Under the pieces are notes generated by a model that was not told the DNA's origin, did no database searches, and was given only the letters and a program-made list of their open reading frames with translations. Below, in pieces: positions 49,575 through 60,565 of a DNA stretch of 64,000 bases. The number at the start of each line of letters is the position of its first letter. Within the stretch, counting starts at the first letter, position 1. Position numbers and translations under genes: made by a program. Source of the stretch: Candidatus Eiseniibacteriota bacterium (GTDB lineage Bacteria > Eisenbacteria > RBG-16-71-46 > CAZAMP01); NCBI GenBank assembly GCA_965224245.1, contig OZ245046.1, forward strand, positions 5,344,001 through 5,408,000, in the 5' to 3' direction.

Positions 49575-50990
49575 GTGTTCGAATTCAAGCTTCCCGATCT
49601 CGGCGAAGGTGTCGCCGAGGGCGAGATCCTGAAGTGGTACGTCGACGTCGGCGGTGACATCGGCGAGGACGATCCCCTGGTCGACATCGAGACCGACAAG
49701 GCGGCCGTGACGATCCCGTCGCCGCGCGCGGGCAAGATCGCGTCGGTGGCCGGTGGCGTCGGAGACACCGTCGAGGTCGGCGACGTGCTGGTCACGATCG
49801 ACGAGTCCAGCGCGGGAGCGTCGACCGCCCCGTCCGAGTCCGCCCCGTCCGAGGACTCCCCCGAGCCGGCGTCGAGCCCATCGGCCGCCGCGCCGGACGG
49901 CGCCTCCAAGACGCAGGCGCCGAGCCTGCCGCCGGCCCACGCGCCCGCACCGAAATCGGCGACTCCGGCGCCGAGCGCGAGTCGGCCGTCCAGTCCGCTG
50001 GCGTCGCCGGCGGCCGCCAACGCGGCGCCACCCCGGCGGAACGGGGGTCCCGTGCCCGCGGCTCCGGCGACGCGCCGGCTCGCGCGCGAGCTGGGGATCG
50101 ATCTCTCGATGGTGCAGGGAACCGGTCCCGGCGGCCGGGTGACCGCCGAGGACGTCCGTCTCTACGCCGAGGGCGGCATCGCGACCATGGCGCCGTCCAC
50201 CCCGCCGCCGCCGATGGGCGAGTCGGCCGTGCCCGCCGACGGCCAGAGCGCCATCCCGTACTACGAGCTCGAGGAGATGCCGACGTTCGAGCAGTACGGT
50301 CCGGTGGAGCGCGTCGCGCTCCGATCGATCCGTCGCAAGGTCGCCAAGAAGATGGTGACGTCGATGGTGACGGTCCCGCACGTGGCCCACATGGACGACG
50401 CGGACGTGACCGAGCTCGAGGCCTACCGTACGCGTCTGAAGGCACAGGGGGGCGCGTCGGTGACGCTGATGGCGTTCGTCATGAAGTCGGTGGCCTCGTC
50501 GATGAAGCGCTACCCGATGATGAACGCATCGATCGATCCGTACCGGGGCGAGCTCGTCTACAAGGGCTACGTGAACGTGGGCTTCGCGGCCGATACGCCG
50601 CGGGGACTCCTCGTGCCCGTGGTCAAGAACGCCGATCGGCTGAGCGTGGTCGAGCTCTCCGCCGAGATCAGGCGGCTGGCCGAGGCCGCGCGCGAGGGGA
50701 CGATCGACGTCTCCGATCTCCAGGGCGGCACGTTCACGATCACCAACGTCGGCTCGCTGGGCGGCAAGTACGTGATCCCGACGATCAACTACCCCGAGTC
50801 GGCCATTCTCGGCATGGGGCGCACCGCGGACGAGGTCGTCGTGCGGGATGGCGACATCGTCGTGCGCAAGATCACGCCGCTGTGCATCACGTACGACCAT
50901 CGAATCGCCGACGGCGCGGATGGGGCGCGGTTCATGAACGAGCTGGTGCGCCATCTCTCCGATCCGATCAGCATGCTGGCCGCGATCTAA
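49575..50990 (+). CDS. pdhC: Dihydrolipoamide acyltransferase E2 (one lipoyl domain)
   Basis: ETDKA lipoyl lysine, PATRRLARELG PSBD, DHRIADG; GGAGG before GTG. Confidence 0.92.
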   Translation: MFEFKLPDLGEGVAEGEILKWYVDVGGDIGEDDPLVDIETDKAAVTIPSPRAGKIASVAGGVGDTVEVGDVLVTIDESSAGASTAPSESAPSEDSPEPASSPSAAAPDGASKTQAPSLPPAHAPAPKSATPAPSASRPSSPLASPAAANAAPPRRNGGPVPAAPATRRLARELGIDLSMVQGTGPGGRVTAEDVRLYAEGGIATMAPSTPPPPMGESAVPADGQSAIPYYELEEMPTFEQYGPVERVALRSIRRKVAKKMVTSMVTVPHVAHMDDADVTELEAYRTRLKAQGGASVTLMAFVMKSVASSMKRYPMMNASIDPYRGELVYKGYVNVGFAADTPRGLLVPVVKNADRLSVVELSAEIRRLAEAAREGTIDVSDLQGGTFTITNVGSLGGKYVIPTINYPESAILGMGRTADEVVVRDGDIVVRKITPLCITYDHRIADGADGARFMNELVRHLSDPISMLAAI

Positions 50991-51007
50991 CGCCGGAGGA
51001 CCGCACC

Positions 51008-52444
<1,437 letters not shown>

Positions 52445-52545
52445 TGGAGCCGTCGGCCGTCGCCGCCGCCGGCGGCGACGCGAAGGCGGCCCTCGGGCGC
52501 CGCGCCCGCCCGGTCGCGCGCCGCGCCTCGGGCGTGGGCTGACCC

Positions 52546-53211
52546 GTGTCGCTCGACGTTCGTCCCTACGATCTCGACGACGATCTGGTCGACGCTACCT
52601 CGGCGGACGGCCGTCCCCGCGTGAGGGTGGCCCGGCCCGAGGCCGTGACGGTGGTCCTCGGACGGGGCAGCGATCCCGACGTCGAGCTGGACGTGGGCGC
52701 GTGTCGGCGGCTCGGGCTCGACATCCGCCGTCGTCGCGGCGGTGGGTGCGCGGTCGTCCTGGATCCCGGGAATCTGATCGTCTCGGTGGCCCTGCCCATC
52801 CCCGGGCTCACGCGTATCCGGTCGACGTTCGAAGCGCTCACGTCGATGCTGATCCAGGCGCTGGCCACGGCGGGCCTCGACGGCGTCGAGTCGGACGGCG
52901 TCTCCGATCTCGTCCTCGCCGATCGCAAGGTGTCGGGCTCGTGCGTGCACCGCAAGCTGGGGCTCTTCTACTACTCGGCGACGCTTCTGGTGGATCCGGA
53001 TCTCGAGGTCGTGACCGCGGCGCTCCGCCACCCCCCGCGCGAGCCCGCGTACCGGCGCGGACGTCCGCACGCGGCGTTCATGGGACGGCTCGCGGCTGCG
53101 CCCGCCGGGGCGGACCGGGGCCCACGCGATCCCGAGTCCACCCGGCACGCGATCGCCCGATCCGTGCGGGCCACGTTCACCGGCGAGCGCCTCGGCGCGC
53201 TCTCGACCTGA
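52546..53211 (+). CDS. Lipoate-protein ligase / octanoyltransferase family protein
   Basis: RRRGGGCAV.LDPGN, RKVSGS, ATLL; follows lpdA. Confidence 0.8.
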   Translation: MSLDVRPYDLDDDLVDATSADGRPRVRVARPEAVTVVLGRGSDPDVELDVGACRRLGLDIRRRRGGGCAVVLDPGNLIVSVALPIPGLTRIRSTFEALTSMLIQALATAGLDGVESDGVSDLVLADRKVSGSCVHRKLGLFYYSATLLVDPDLEVVTAALRHPPREPAYRRGRPHAAFMGRLAAAPAGADRGPRDPESTRHAIARSVRATFTGERLGALST

Positions 53212-53222
53212 AGGGAGGACCG

Positions 53223-53705
53223 ATGCACACGTCCCACGCGCTCCTGGACATCCACACCCGTGCGCACGACAGCCTGTCCCGGCTGATGACGCACTGCCAC
53301 CTGCTCACCGGCGACGAGATCGACCGCGAGCTGGACGGGTTCGGCTATCCCACCGTGCGCCTTCAGCTCCATCACGAGATCACCGGCGAGCGGTACTGGG
53401 TCAGCGTTCTCGAGGACCGCATGAACGCCGACGAGAACGACGCCGACTATCCGACCGTCGCGTCCCTCGAGGCGTATCGGGAGGAGGTCGCCGCCGTCAC
53501 GCGTGCGTACCTTGCCGCGGCGTCGGTGGACGAGCTCAACACGCCACGGGCAATGCGCACGTGGGGCGGCCGTGAGCCCGTGCTGATTCCCGCTCACGTC
53601 GTCATGCGAACGATGACGCATCTCTATCATCACCAGGGACAGATCCTGGCGATGTGTCGCCTCCTCGGAAAGCCGGCCTCGAAGATGGACTATCCCATCG
53701 AGTGA
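53223..53705 (+). CDS. DinB family protein
   Basis: GGAGG RBS; TVRLQLHH..E.YW and HLYHHQGQ His triad. Confidence 0.85.
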   Translation: MHTSHALLDIHTRAHDSLSRLMTHCHLLTGDEIDRELDGFGYPTVRLQLHHEITGERYWVSVLEDRMNADENDADYPTVASLEAYREEVAAVTRAYLAAASVDELNTPRAMRTWGGREPVLIPAHVVMRTMTHLYHHQGQILAMCRLLGKPASKMDYPIE

Positions 53706-53835
53706 CCGATCGTGGCGGCGTGTGCCGGCCACCCGAGCCTCGGTCGGATGAGAGGGGCGTCGGCGCGCGACCGACCGGGTGTGTTAGGCTCGTGATCCGT
53801 CCCGGACGGACCTCGCGCAACGTCGGAGAACAGAC

Positions 53836-54939
53836 ATGCGACTCGGACCCACCGGCGCCTCGCTCGCGCGCGCCTCGGTGGCGATCTCCATCGCGATGAT
53901 CCCGATCGCGTCGCCGGCGATCGCGGAGATCCTCCTCGTCCGTCCCGACGGCACGGGCGATCACCCGACGATCCAGGCCGCGCTGGACGCGTCCCATCCC
54001 AGCGACATCATCGAGCTGGCCGACGGCATCTTCCGCGGTCCCGGCAATCGGGACGTCACGACGTCCGGCCAGAGCGCCACCCTCGTTCGTTCCGCGAGCG
54101 GAGATCCGAGCGCCTGCGTGATCGAGTGCGACGGGAGTCCCGCCGAGCCGCACCGCGCGTTTCTCGTCGTGGACGACTCGCTGTGGCTGGTGGGGGTGAC
54201 GATCCGGGGCGGCTACGCGAACGACCTCTTCGGAGGGGGCGCGATCGCGTCGCTGTCGTCCTGGCTACCCCTGGACGACTGCCGCTTCGTGGGCAACGAG
54301 TCCGCGACCGCGGGCGGCGCGCTGTCGATCATCGGGGAGACCGACTCGTTTCTGTCCGCCGAGCTCGCCGACTGCGTGTTCACCGGAAACCGAGCGGCAC
54401 GCGGCGGCGCGATCGCGGTCCAGGCGACCCCCACGATCGAGCGGTGCGTGATCACGGGCAACGTGGCCACCGAGTACGGCGGCGCGATCTTCGGAACGCG
54501 AACCGGAGCCGTGCGCGAGACGACGCTGGCAGGCAATCTCGGGGGCGTGGCCGGAGGGGGCGTTTACGTGACGGAATCGGTCGACGTCTTCCGGACGATC
54601 TTCTGGGCGAACTGCGCGCCGACCGGGGCGAGCGTGCAGCTCGAGGGGCCGGCGCGCGGGGGCGGCCGCATTCGTTGCTCGATCGTCCGGGCCGAGGACG
54701 TGGTCGGCGGCGTGGCCATCGACGACACGGACCGGGACGAGAATCCGCTCCTCTGCGATCCCCGGGCGTGTTCGGAGGCTCCGACCGACGCCGGCGACGC
54801 GGCGCTCGACGCCGCGTCGGTGTGCGTGGCCGAGCGGAGCCCGTGCGGCGAACGAATCGGCGCGCGTGGCGTCGCATGCTCGGGGACGACACCCGTTCTC
54901 CGGACGAGCTGGACTCGGATCAAGGCGTGCTACCGCTGA
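53836..54939 (+). CDS. Exported right-handed beta-helix (pectin-lyase-like) protein with short C-terminal tail
   Basis: Signal peptide; PTIQAALD; repeated F.GN.A..GGAI; NPLLC..SPC..IGA.G..C; ends PVLRTSWTRIKACYR. Confidence 0.85.
   Translation: MRLGPTGASLARASVAISIAMIPIASPAIAEILLVRPDGTGDHPTIQAALDASHPSDIIELADGIFRGPGNRDVTTSGQSATLVRSASGDPSACVIECDGSPAEPHRAFLVVDDSLWLVGVTIRGGYANDLFGGGAIASLSSWLPLDDCRFVGNESATAGGALSIIGETDSFLSAELADCVFTGNRAARGGAIAVQATPTIERCVITGNVATEYGGAIFGTRTGAVRETTLAGNLGGVAGGGVYVTESVDVFRTIFWANCAPTGASVQLEGPARGGGRIRCSIVRAEDVVGGVAIDDTDRDENPLLCDPRACSEAPTDAGDAALDAASVCVAERSPCGERIGARGVACSGTTPVLRTSWTRIKACYR
54892..54939 (+). other. Short C-terminal motif, copy 4 (PVLRTSWTRIKACYR*)
   Basis: Shared tail motif. 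Confidence 0.75.
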
Positions 54940-55027
54940 GTGGCGGGGCGACCGTTCATCGGACGTCGCCGTTCGAGCGGCTCGCGCGTGGCCGCTCGGG
55001 GAGCTGGCCGGCCCTGCTCGTCCCGGA

Positions 55028-55507
55028 TCACTGAAGGCCCGGCGGGTGCCCCAGGAGCCGACGCAGGATGCCCAGCTGACCGGTGTGGTACGTCTCGTGG
55101 AAGCAGAGCCCGACGAGCTGCTCGCCGCGCGTGGATCTGCCGTCCGGTGACGGCTCGTCGAATCGCGCCTCGCCGAATCCCGGAAGCACTTCGCCGAGCC
55201 GCCGCGTCGACACCGCCAGGTCGGCCAACATCTTCTCCACCTCGTGAACGCCCGGTCCTGCCTCGACGACGTTGGCGCTTCCGCGAACGTAGCGTGCCTT
55301 CTCCTCGTCGGACCAGATCGGCTCCAGCTCCACCAGCGCGTGCATCGGGTTTCGATGGAACACGATGTGGCCGAGGATCCAGTTGACGGTGTTGCCTCCC
55401 GGCTTCGGCGCGACCAGAGCCTCGGCGTCGGTGATGCCGTGCATGTTCCTGTCGATCGCGAACTCGTTGTATCGGAGCAGCGTTCGCACCTGTTCGGCCG
55501 TCGTCAT
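55028..55507 (-). CDS. DinB family protein
   Basis: AGGAGG RBS; NTVNWILGH and HETYHTGQ. Confidence 0.85.
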   Translation of the reverse strand: MTTAEQVRTLLRYNEFAIDRNMHGITDAEALVAPKPGGNTVNWILGHIVFHRNPMHALVELEPIWSDEEKARYVRGSANVVEAGPGVHEVEKMLADLAVSTRRLGEVLPGFGEARFDEPSPDGRSTRGEQLVGLCFHETYHTGQLGILRRLLGHPPGLQ

Positions 55508-55626
55508 CGGGACACCTCCTGCCGCCCCGACCGGCCCGGGGGCGGCTCGTTGACCGGCTCGGCGCCGGTTCAGTACGCTTTCCGTCCTCGATCCGGCACC
55601 GACCCCGAAGCACGAGGAGGCGAGCC

Positions 55627-57324
55627 GTGTGCTCGATTCTGGCCCTGTTCGAGCTCGCCGCCGACGCGGCGTCTCTTCGCCCGACGGTCCTCGAGCTGTC
55701 GCGCCGGATGCGGCACCGCGGCCCCGACTGGAGCGGCGTGGAGACCCGGCCGGACGCCATCCTGGCCCACGAACGCCTGTCGATCGTCGACGTGGTGCAC
55801 GGCGCACAGCCACTGGTGAGCGACGACGAGACCCGGATCCTGGCCGTGAACGGCGAGATCTACAACCATCGCGAGCTCCGGTCCGGACTGTCCCGGCCGT
55901 ACGCGTTTCGCACCGAGTCCGACTGCGAGGTCATCCTTCCGTTGTACGCCGAGCGCGGCACGGAGTTTCTGAACGACCTCAACGGCATCTTCGCGTTCGC
56001 GCTCTACGACGACGCGCGAAAGCGGTACGTCATTGCCCGCGATCCGATTGGCGTGGTCCCGCTCTACACCGGTCGCGACGAACGCGGGCAGCTCTACGTG
56101 GCCTCCGAGATGAAGGCGTTGATCGGCGTGTGTCGCACGATCGAGGACTTTCCGCCCGGTCACGTCTGGGACTCCGAGGTCGGGGAGCCGCGTCCATATT
56201 ACGCCCCCGTGTGGCGGGAGTACGAGGCCGTTCGCGGCGTGGACGCCGACGTGGATCGCCTCCGGCGCTCGCTGGAGGATGCGGTCAAGCGCCAGCTCAT
56301 GTGTGACGTCCCCTACGGCGTGTTGCTCTCGGGCGGGCTCGATTCGTCGCTGGTGAGCGCGCTGGCGGCCCGGCACACGCGCCGCCGGGTCGAGGAGGAC
56401 GAGCAGAGCGAGGCCTGGTTCCCGAGACTCCACTCGTTCGCGATCGGTCTCGAGGGCTCCCCCGATCTGGCGGCCGCTCGACGGGCCGCCGAGGCGATCG
56501 AGAGCGTCCATCACGAGCTTCACTTCACGGTGCAGGAGGGGCTGGATGCGCTCTCGGATGTGATCCATCACATCGAGACGTTCGACGTGACCACGGTCCG
56601 GGCCTCGACGCCGATGTACCTGATGGCCCGCCGCATCAAGGCGATGGGCATCAAGATGGTGCTCTCGGGCGAGGGTGCCGACGAGATCTTCGGCGGGTAC
56701 CTGTACTTCCACAAGGCGCCGAGCCCCGAGGAGTTCCACGCCGAGACGGTGCGCAAGCTCGACAAGCTCTACAAGTTCGACTGCCTCCGGGCCAACAAGT
56801 CGATGGCCGCCTGGGGTGTCGAGGCCCGCGTCCCCTTCCTGGATCGCGCGTTCCTCGACGTGGCCATGGGCTTCGACGCCGCGCACAAGATGGCCCGCAC
56901 GTCCGACGGCCGGCCCCGGATCGAGAAGCACGTGCTGCGTGAGGCCTTCGACGGCGAGGCGCTGCTTCCGCGCGAGATCCTGTGGCGGCAGAAGGAGCAG
57001 TTCTCCGACGGCGTCGGCTACTCGTGGATCGATTCGCTCCGCGCGTTCGCCGAGTCGCGAATCGGGGACGACGACTTCGCCCGCGCGCACCATCGCTTCC
57101 CGCAGAACACGCCGGCCACGAAGGAGGCGTACCTCTATCGCGAGATGTTCGAGCGGCACTTCCCGGGCACGGCGGCGGTGGACGTGATCCCCGAGGGACC
57201 GTCGATCGCGTGCTCGACGCCGACGGCGATCGCGTGGGATGCGTCGTTCCGGGATCATGCGGATCCGTCCGGCAGGGCCGTGCGGGGGGTGCATGTGGAT
57301 GCTTATCGGTCCGGGGACTCCTGA
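55627..57324 (+). CDS. asnB: Asparagine synthetase B (glutamine-hydrolysing)
   Basis: N-terminal Cys, HRGPDWSG, NGEIYNH, LSGGLDSS, SGEGADE, DPSGRAV. Confidence 0.95.
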   Translation: MCSILALFELAADAASLRPTVLELSRRMRHRGPDWSGVETRPDAILAHERLSIVDVVHGAQPLVSDDETRILAVNGEIYNHRELRSGLSRPYAFRTESDCEVILPLYAERGTEFLNDLNGIFAFALYDDARKRYVIARDPIGVVPLYTGRDERGQLYVASEMKALIGVCRTIEDFPPGHVWDSEVGEPRPYYAPVWREYEAVRGVDADVDRLRRSLEDAVKRQLMCDVPYGVLLSGGLDSSLVSALAARHTRRRVEEDEQSEAWFPRLHSFAIGLEGSPDLAAARRAAEAIESVHHELHFTVQEGLDALSDVIHHIETFDVTTVRASTPMYLMARRIKAMGIKMVLSGEGADEIFGGYLYFHKAPSPEEFHAETVRKLDKLYKFDCLRANKSMAAWGVEARVPFLDRAFLDVAMGFDAAHKMARTSDGRPRIEKHVLREAFDGEALLPREILWRQKEQFSDGVGYSWIDSLRAFAESRIGDDDFARAHHRFPQNTPATKEAYLYREMFERHFPGTAAVDVIPEGPSIACSTPTAIAWDASFRDHADPSGRAVRGVHVDAYRSGDS

Positions 57325-57374
57325 GGTCGGGGCGTTCGTACGGTGGGCACTCCCGGCTTTTCGGGGCGCGTTTC

Positions 57375-57518
57375 GGGGGCGACGGGGGTGGTGTCGTCTG
57401 CGCTCCGGCTGACGGCGTCGCCCTGCGACCGGTGGGGGGCATCATTCAGTGCGGGAGCGGCTTCGGGGGACACTCGTGTCGCATCAGTCGCTCCGACGAC
57501 ACCACCCCCGCCGCCCCC
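57375..57518 (+). repeat. ~144-bp REP/MITE-like palindromic element, copy A
   Basis: Terminal inverted repeats of 24 bp with one mismatch (perfect core CGGGGGTGGTGTCGTC, 57383-57398 / 57495-57510); homologous to copy B. Confidence 0.8.
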
Positions 57519-57756
57519 TCCGCGATCGAGGTCGGGGGCGCTTCCCGGTGCGTCGAGCGCGTGGGCATGTGACCCGCGCTTCGTCTCGTGGGTGTCGGGG
57601 AACGTGGCCACTTGCATCCACGAGCGGGTGTTACGGCACGGGGTTGGTGTGTCGTAGAATCACGCGTGCTGGGCGAGCGCCTGGGGGCATCAGCGCAGGC
57701 TCGCGTGTTCAGGTGGTGTCGGTCTCTGGGTCGCCGCCAGGCTCCGGCTTCGCCCG

Positions 57757-59013
57757 ATGGGAGAAGGCCATGGCTCGGCGCGCGTGGATGCGTGGGCTGG
57801 TCACGTGACGTTCGCACTGCCCGCCACGCCACGGGCCGACACGATCTCGGTTCCCGACTACGCGTCACTCACCGATGCTCTCGCGGCCGCCGCGTCCGGC
57901 GACACCGTCCTGGTCACGGCCGAGACCGTGCACGTCACGACCGATCAGATCGACATCCCGGCAGGTGTATGTCTCCGGAGCCTCAACGGCCGGGACGCGC
58001 ACACGATCTACGTGCCCCAGTACGGCATCAAGTTCGCCCCGGACGTGACGGACCCGGAACCCAGCATCCCCGAGGGGTTCACGATCCACGACGCCACCTC
58101 GGGTGCCTCGGTGAAGTTCCGCAACAATCCCGACGCGAGAGCCCTCGACAATCGCATCGTCAGCCTGGCAGGAGGTGCGTTTTCGGTCGGCGGCGGCGGG
58201 GGCGTCATTCACGGCAACGAGATGCTCTGTGCTCCTTTCGCCCTCGATCGGGCCCTGGACATCAATACCGGCGCCGAGACGTACCTCGAGATCTCATCCA
58301 ACGTGATCCTCTGCCCGGGTCTCGGTCTGTCCGTGTATGACGAAAAGGTAGGTTCCGCCTACGTCGAGTTCAGAAACAACACGATCGTTCACCCCGGCTA
58401 CGTCACGCAGGCCTGCAGCTGGTCCTTCGTGGACGACGTGATCGTGGTGTCCCACAACATCCTCTATGGGTTCTGGATCGACTGCTATGACCTGAGCGGC
58501 GGCGCAAGTGGCTTCAGCATGGACTACAACTGCATCTGGTTCTCGGGCTCGAGTCCTGAAACCGACTGTGATCTCTATTCTTGGCCCGGCAACTTCGAGG
58601 CGGATCCGCTCTTCTGTGACATCTCGGGACCGTCCTCGCTCGACCTCCGCCTCCGGCCCGACTCCCCGTGCCTCCACGGCGGCGAAGGGGGCTCCCTCAT
58701 CGGCGCTCTGGGTGCGGGCTGTGGCGTGGTCCACGTCGACGAAGCCGGCCGCGCGGCCACGAGTCTCGGTCTTCGTGTCATACCGGCTCCGGTGGTCGGA
58801 CGCGCATCCATCGCCTTCGACGAATCGCACGCCGGACGCTCCGCCTTCATCACGATCTACGACGTGACGGGCCGTCTCGTCGTCGAGCTCGAAGCCGAAC
58901 ACTCTCCCGTCACCTGGATCCGACGTGGCAAGGACGGTACCCCAGGTGTGTACTTCGTCGAGCTCAGAGCCAGCACGGGCGCCCGGAACGTCCAGCGAAT
59001 CGTCGCCAGATGA
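57757..59013 (+). CDS. Beta-helix exported-type protein with C-terminal FlgD-Ig/T9SS-CTD-like domain; probable frameshift in the signal peptide
   Basis: DYASLTDAL, NNTI, DYNCIW, GNFEADPLFC..DSPC..LIGALGAGC, IYDVTGRLV..PGVYFVEL; best RBS/ATG (57770) is out of frame. Confidence 0.7.
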   Translation: MGEGHGSARVDAWAGHVTFALPATPRADTISVPDYASLTDALAAAASGDTVLVTAETVHVTTDQIDIPAGVCLRSLNGRDAHTIYVPQYGIKFAPDVTDPEPSIPEGFTIHDATSGASVKFRNNPDARALDNRIVSLAGGAFSVGGGGGVIHGNEMLCAPFALDRALDINTGAETYLEISSNVILCPGLGLSVYDEKVGSAYVEFRNNTIVHPGYVTQACSWSFVDDVIVVSHNILYGFWIDCYDLSGGASGFSMDYNCIWFSGSSPETDCDLYSWPGNFEADPLFCDISGPSSLDLRLRPDSPCLHGGEGGSLIGALGAGCGVVHVDEAGRAATSLGLRVIPAPVVGRASIAFDESHAGRSAFITIYDVTGRLVVELEAEHSPVTWIRRGKDGTPGVYFVELRASTGARNVQRIVAR

Positions 59014-59131
59014 GTCCACCACAAACCGAGACCCGGCCTCGAAGCGGCACCGACCACGCACTGGAATGCGCTGGCGGTTGCCGTAGCACATCGAGTTCAT
59101 CGCGAAGGCCGACAAAGCGGCCTCCCACACA

Positions 59132-59274
59132 GGGCCGGCGAGGGTGGGGCCGGAGTCGCGACTTGTGCGACACATGTGTGCCCCGAAGCCGCTCCCGCAC
59201 TAAATGATGCCCCCAACTGGTCGCAGGACGACGCCGGCAGCCGGAGCGACGTAGCGCTCCACCCTCGACGACCC
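59132..59274 (-). repeat. ~140-bp REP/MITE-like palindromic element, copy B (inverted relative to A)
   Basis: Reverse complement reads CGCTCCGGCTGCCGGCGTCGTCCTGCGACCAGTTGGGGGCATCATTTAGTGCGGGAGCGGCTTCGGGG, nearly identical to 57401-57468. Confidence 0.8.
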
Positions 59275-59415
59275 GGCACTCGATGGCACGAGACCCGATC
59301 CGCCGTGGCGCCGGCACTTGCCGTCCGGTAGCATTCGTCCGTTCCCGCCCGTCGATACCCCCGCGGCGAACGTCGGTCGACGCGTCGCGATCCCCGAGAG
59401 GAGAGCTCGCCAGCC

Positions 59416-60558
59416 ATGGGCATCCTGGACTTCATTCGCGAAGAACTCATCGAGGTCATCGAGTGGACCGACGACTCGCGCGACGTGATCGTCCACCGGT
59501 TTCCCGACGAGGACGCGGCCATCAAGCGCGGCGCGCAGCTCATCGTGCGCGAGTCGCAGACCGCGCAGTTCGTCTACCTCGGGGAGTTCGGCGACACGTT
59601 CGGACCGGGCAAGCACACGCTGACCACCGAGAACATCCCCGTGCTCACGCGGCTCAAGTCGTGGAAATACGGGCTCACGTCGCCGTTCAAGGCTGACGTG
59701 TACTTCGTCAACACGCGGCTCTTCACCGGGCAGAAGTGGGGCACGTCGAATCCGATCATGATGCGCGACGAGGACTTCGGCATCGTCCGGGCCCGGGCGT
59801 TCGGCACCTACGACTTCCACGTGACCGATCCCAGGACGTTCCTGAAGGAGGTCTCGGGCTCCGATCACACGTTCCGGATCGACGAGTTCGCCGACACGAT
59901 GCGCTCTCGAATCGTGAGCATCTTCTCCGAGGCGCTGGCGCAGTCCGGCATCCCGGTGCTGGACGTGGCCAAGCAGTACAACGAGCTCGGACAGGCGCTG
60001 TTGCCGCTGATCAACCCCACGATCGGCACGATGTACGGGCTCGAGCTCGACACCTTCGTGGTCGAGAACGTCTCGTTGCCGCCGGCGGTGGAGGAGGCGA
60101 TCGACAAGCGGTCCAGCATGGCGGCCGTCGGCGATCTGAACGACTACGTGAAGTTCCAGATGGCGCAGGGCATGCAGACCGGTGGCGGCGGCGCAGGAGG
60201 CATGGCCACCGAGATGGCGGTCGGCTTCGCGATCGCGCAGCAGATGATGCAGCAGCAGGGCGGCGCGCTGGCACCGGGGACGACTCCCCAGGTGCCGGGT
60301 GCGGCGGGTCCGATCGGAGCCGGAGCGGCCGGAGCGGCCGGCGGTGCGGCAGCTGGCATCGCGTCGCCTCCCGGCTCGGGCGCCCCCGGGGTGCCCGGCA
60401 TCCCCGAGGTCTTGACGCCCGCACAGGTCGCCGACGCCCTCGGCGTCACCGAGGCGGACGTGATGTCGATCATCGAGTCCGGTGAGCTGAGCGCGAAGAA
60501 GATCGGCTCGGCGTACCGGATCAAGCGCTCGGCGCTGGAGGCCTTCCTCGCGGACTGA
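59416..60558 (+). CDS. SPFH/Band-7 (YdjI-like) protein with C-terminal excisionase-like HTH
   Basis: EVIEW, QLIVRESQ.A.F, GPGKHTL.TENIP, SPFKADVYFVNT, KWGT.NP; C-terminus LTPAQVADALGV..I.SGEL.A.KIG..YRI. Confidence 0.85.
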   Translation: MGILDFIREELIEVIEWTDDSRDVIVHRFPDEDAAIKRGAQLIVRESQTAQFVYLGEFGDTFGPGKHTLTTENIPVLTRLKSWKYGLTSPFKADVYFVNTRLFTGQKWGTSNPIMMRDEDFGIVRARAFGTYDFHVTDPRTFLKEVSGSDHTFRIDEFADTMRSRIVSIFSEALAQSGIPVLDVAKQYNELGQALLPLINPTIGTMYGLELDTFVVENVSLPPAVEEAIDKRSSMAAVGDLNDYVKFQMAQGMQTGGGGAGGMATEMAVGFAIAQQMMQQQGGALAPGTTPQVPGAAGPIGAGAAGAAGGAAAGIASPPGSGAPGVPGIPEVLTPAQVADALGVTEADVMSIIESGELSAKKIGSAYRIKRSALEAFLAD

Positions 60559-60565
60559 GGACACG

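Noticed and set aside
60400-60558. Excisionase-like HTH as evidence of a prophage or integrative element
   Set aside because: It is fused in frame to the SPFH protein; no integrase, att site or phage genes nearby.
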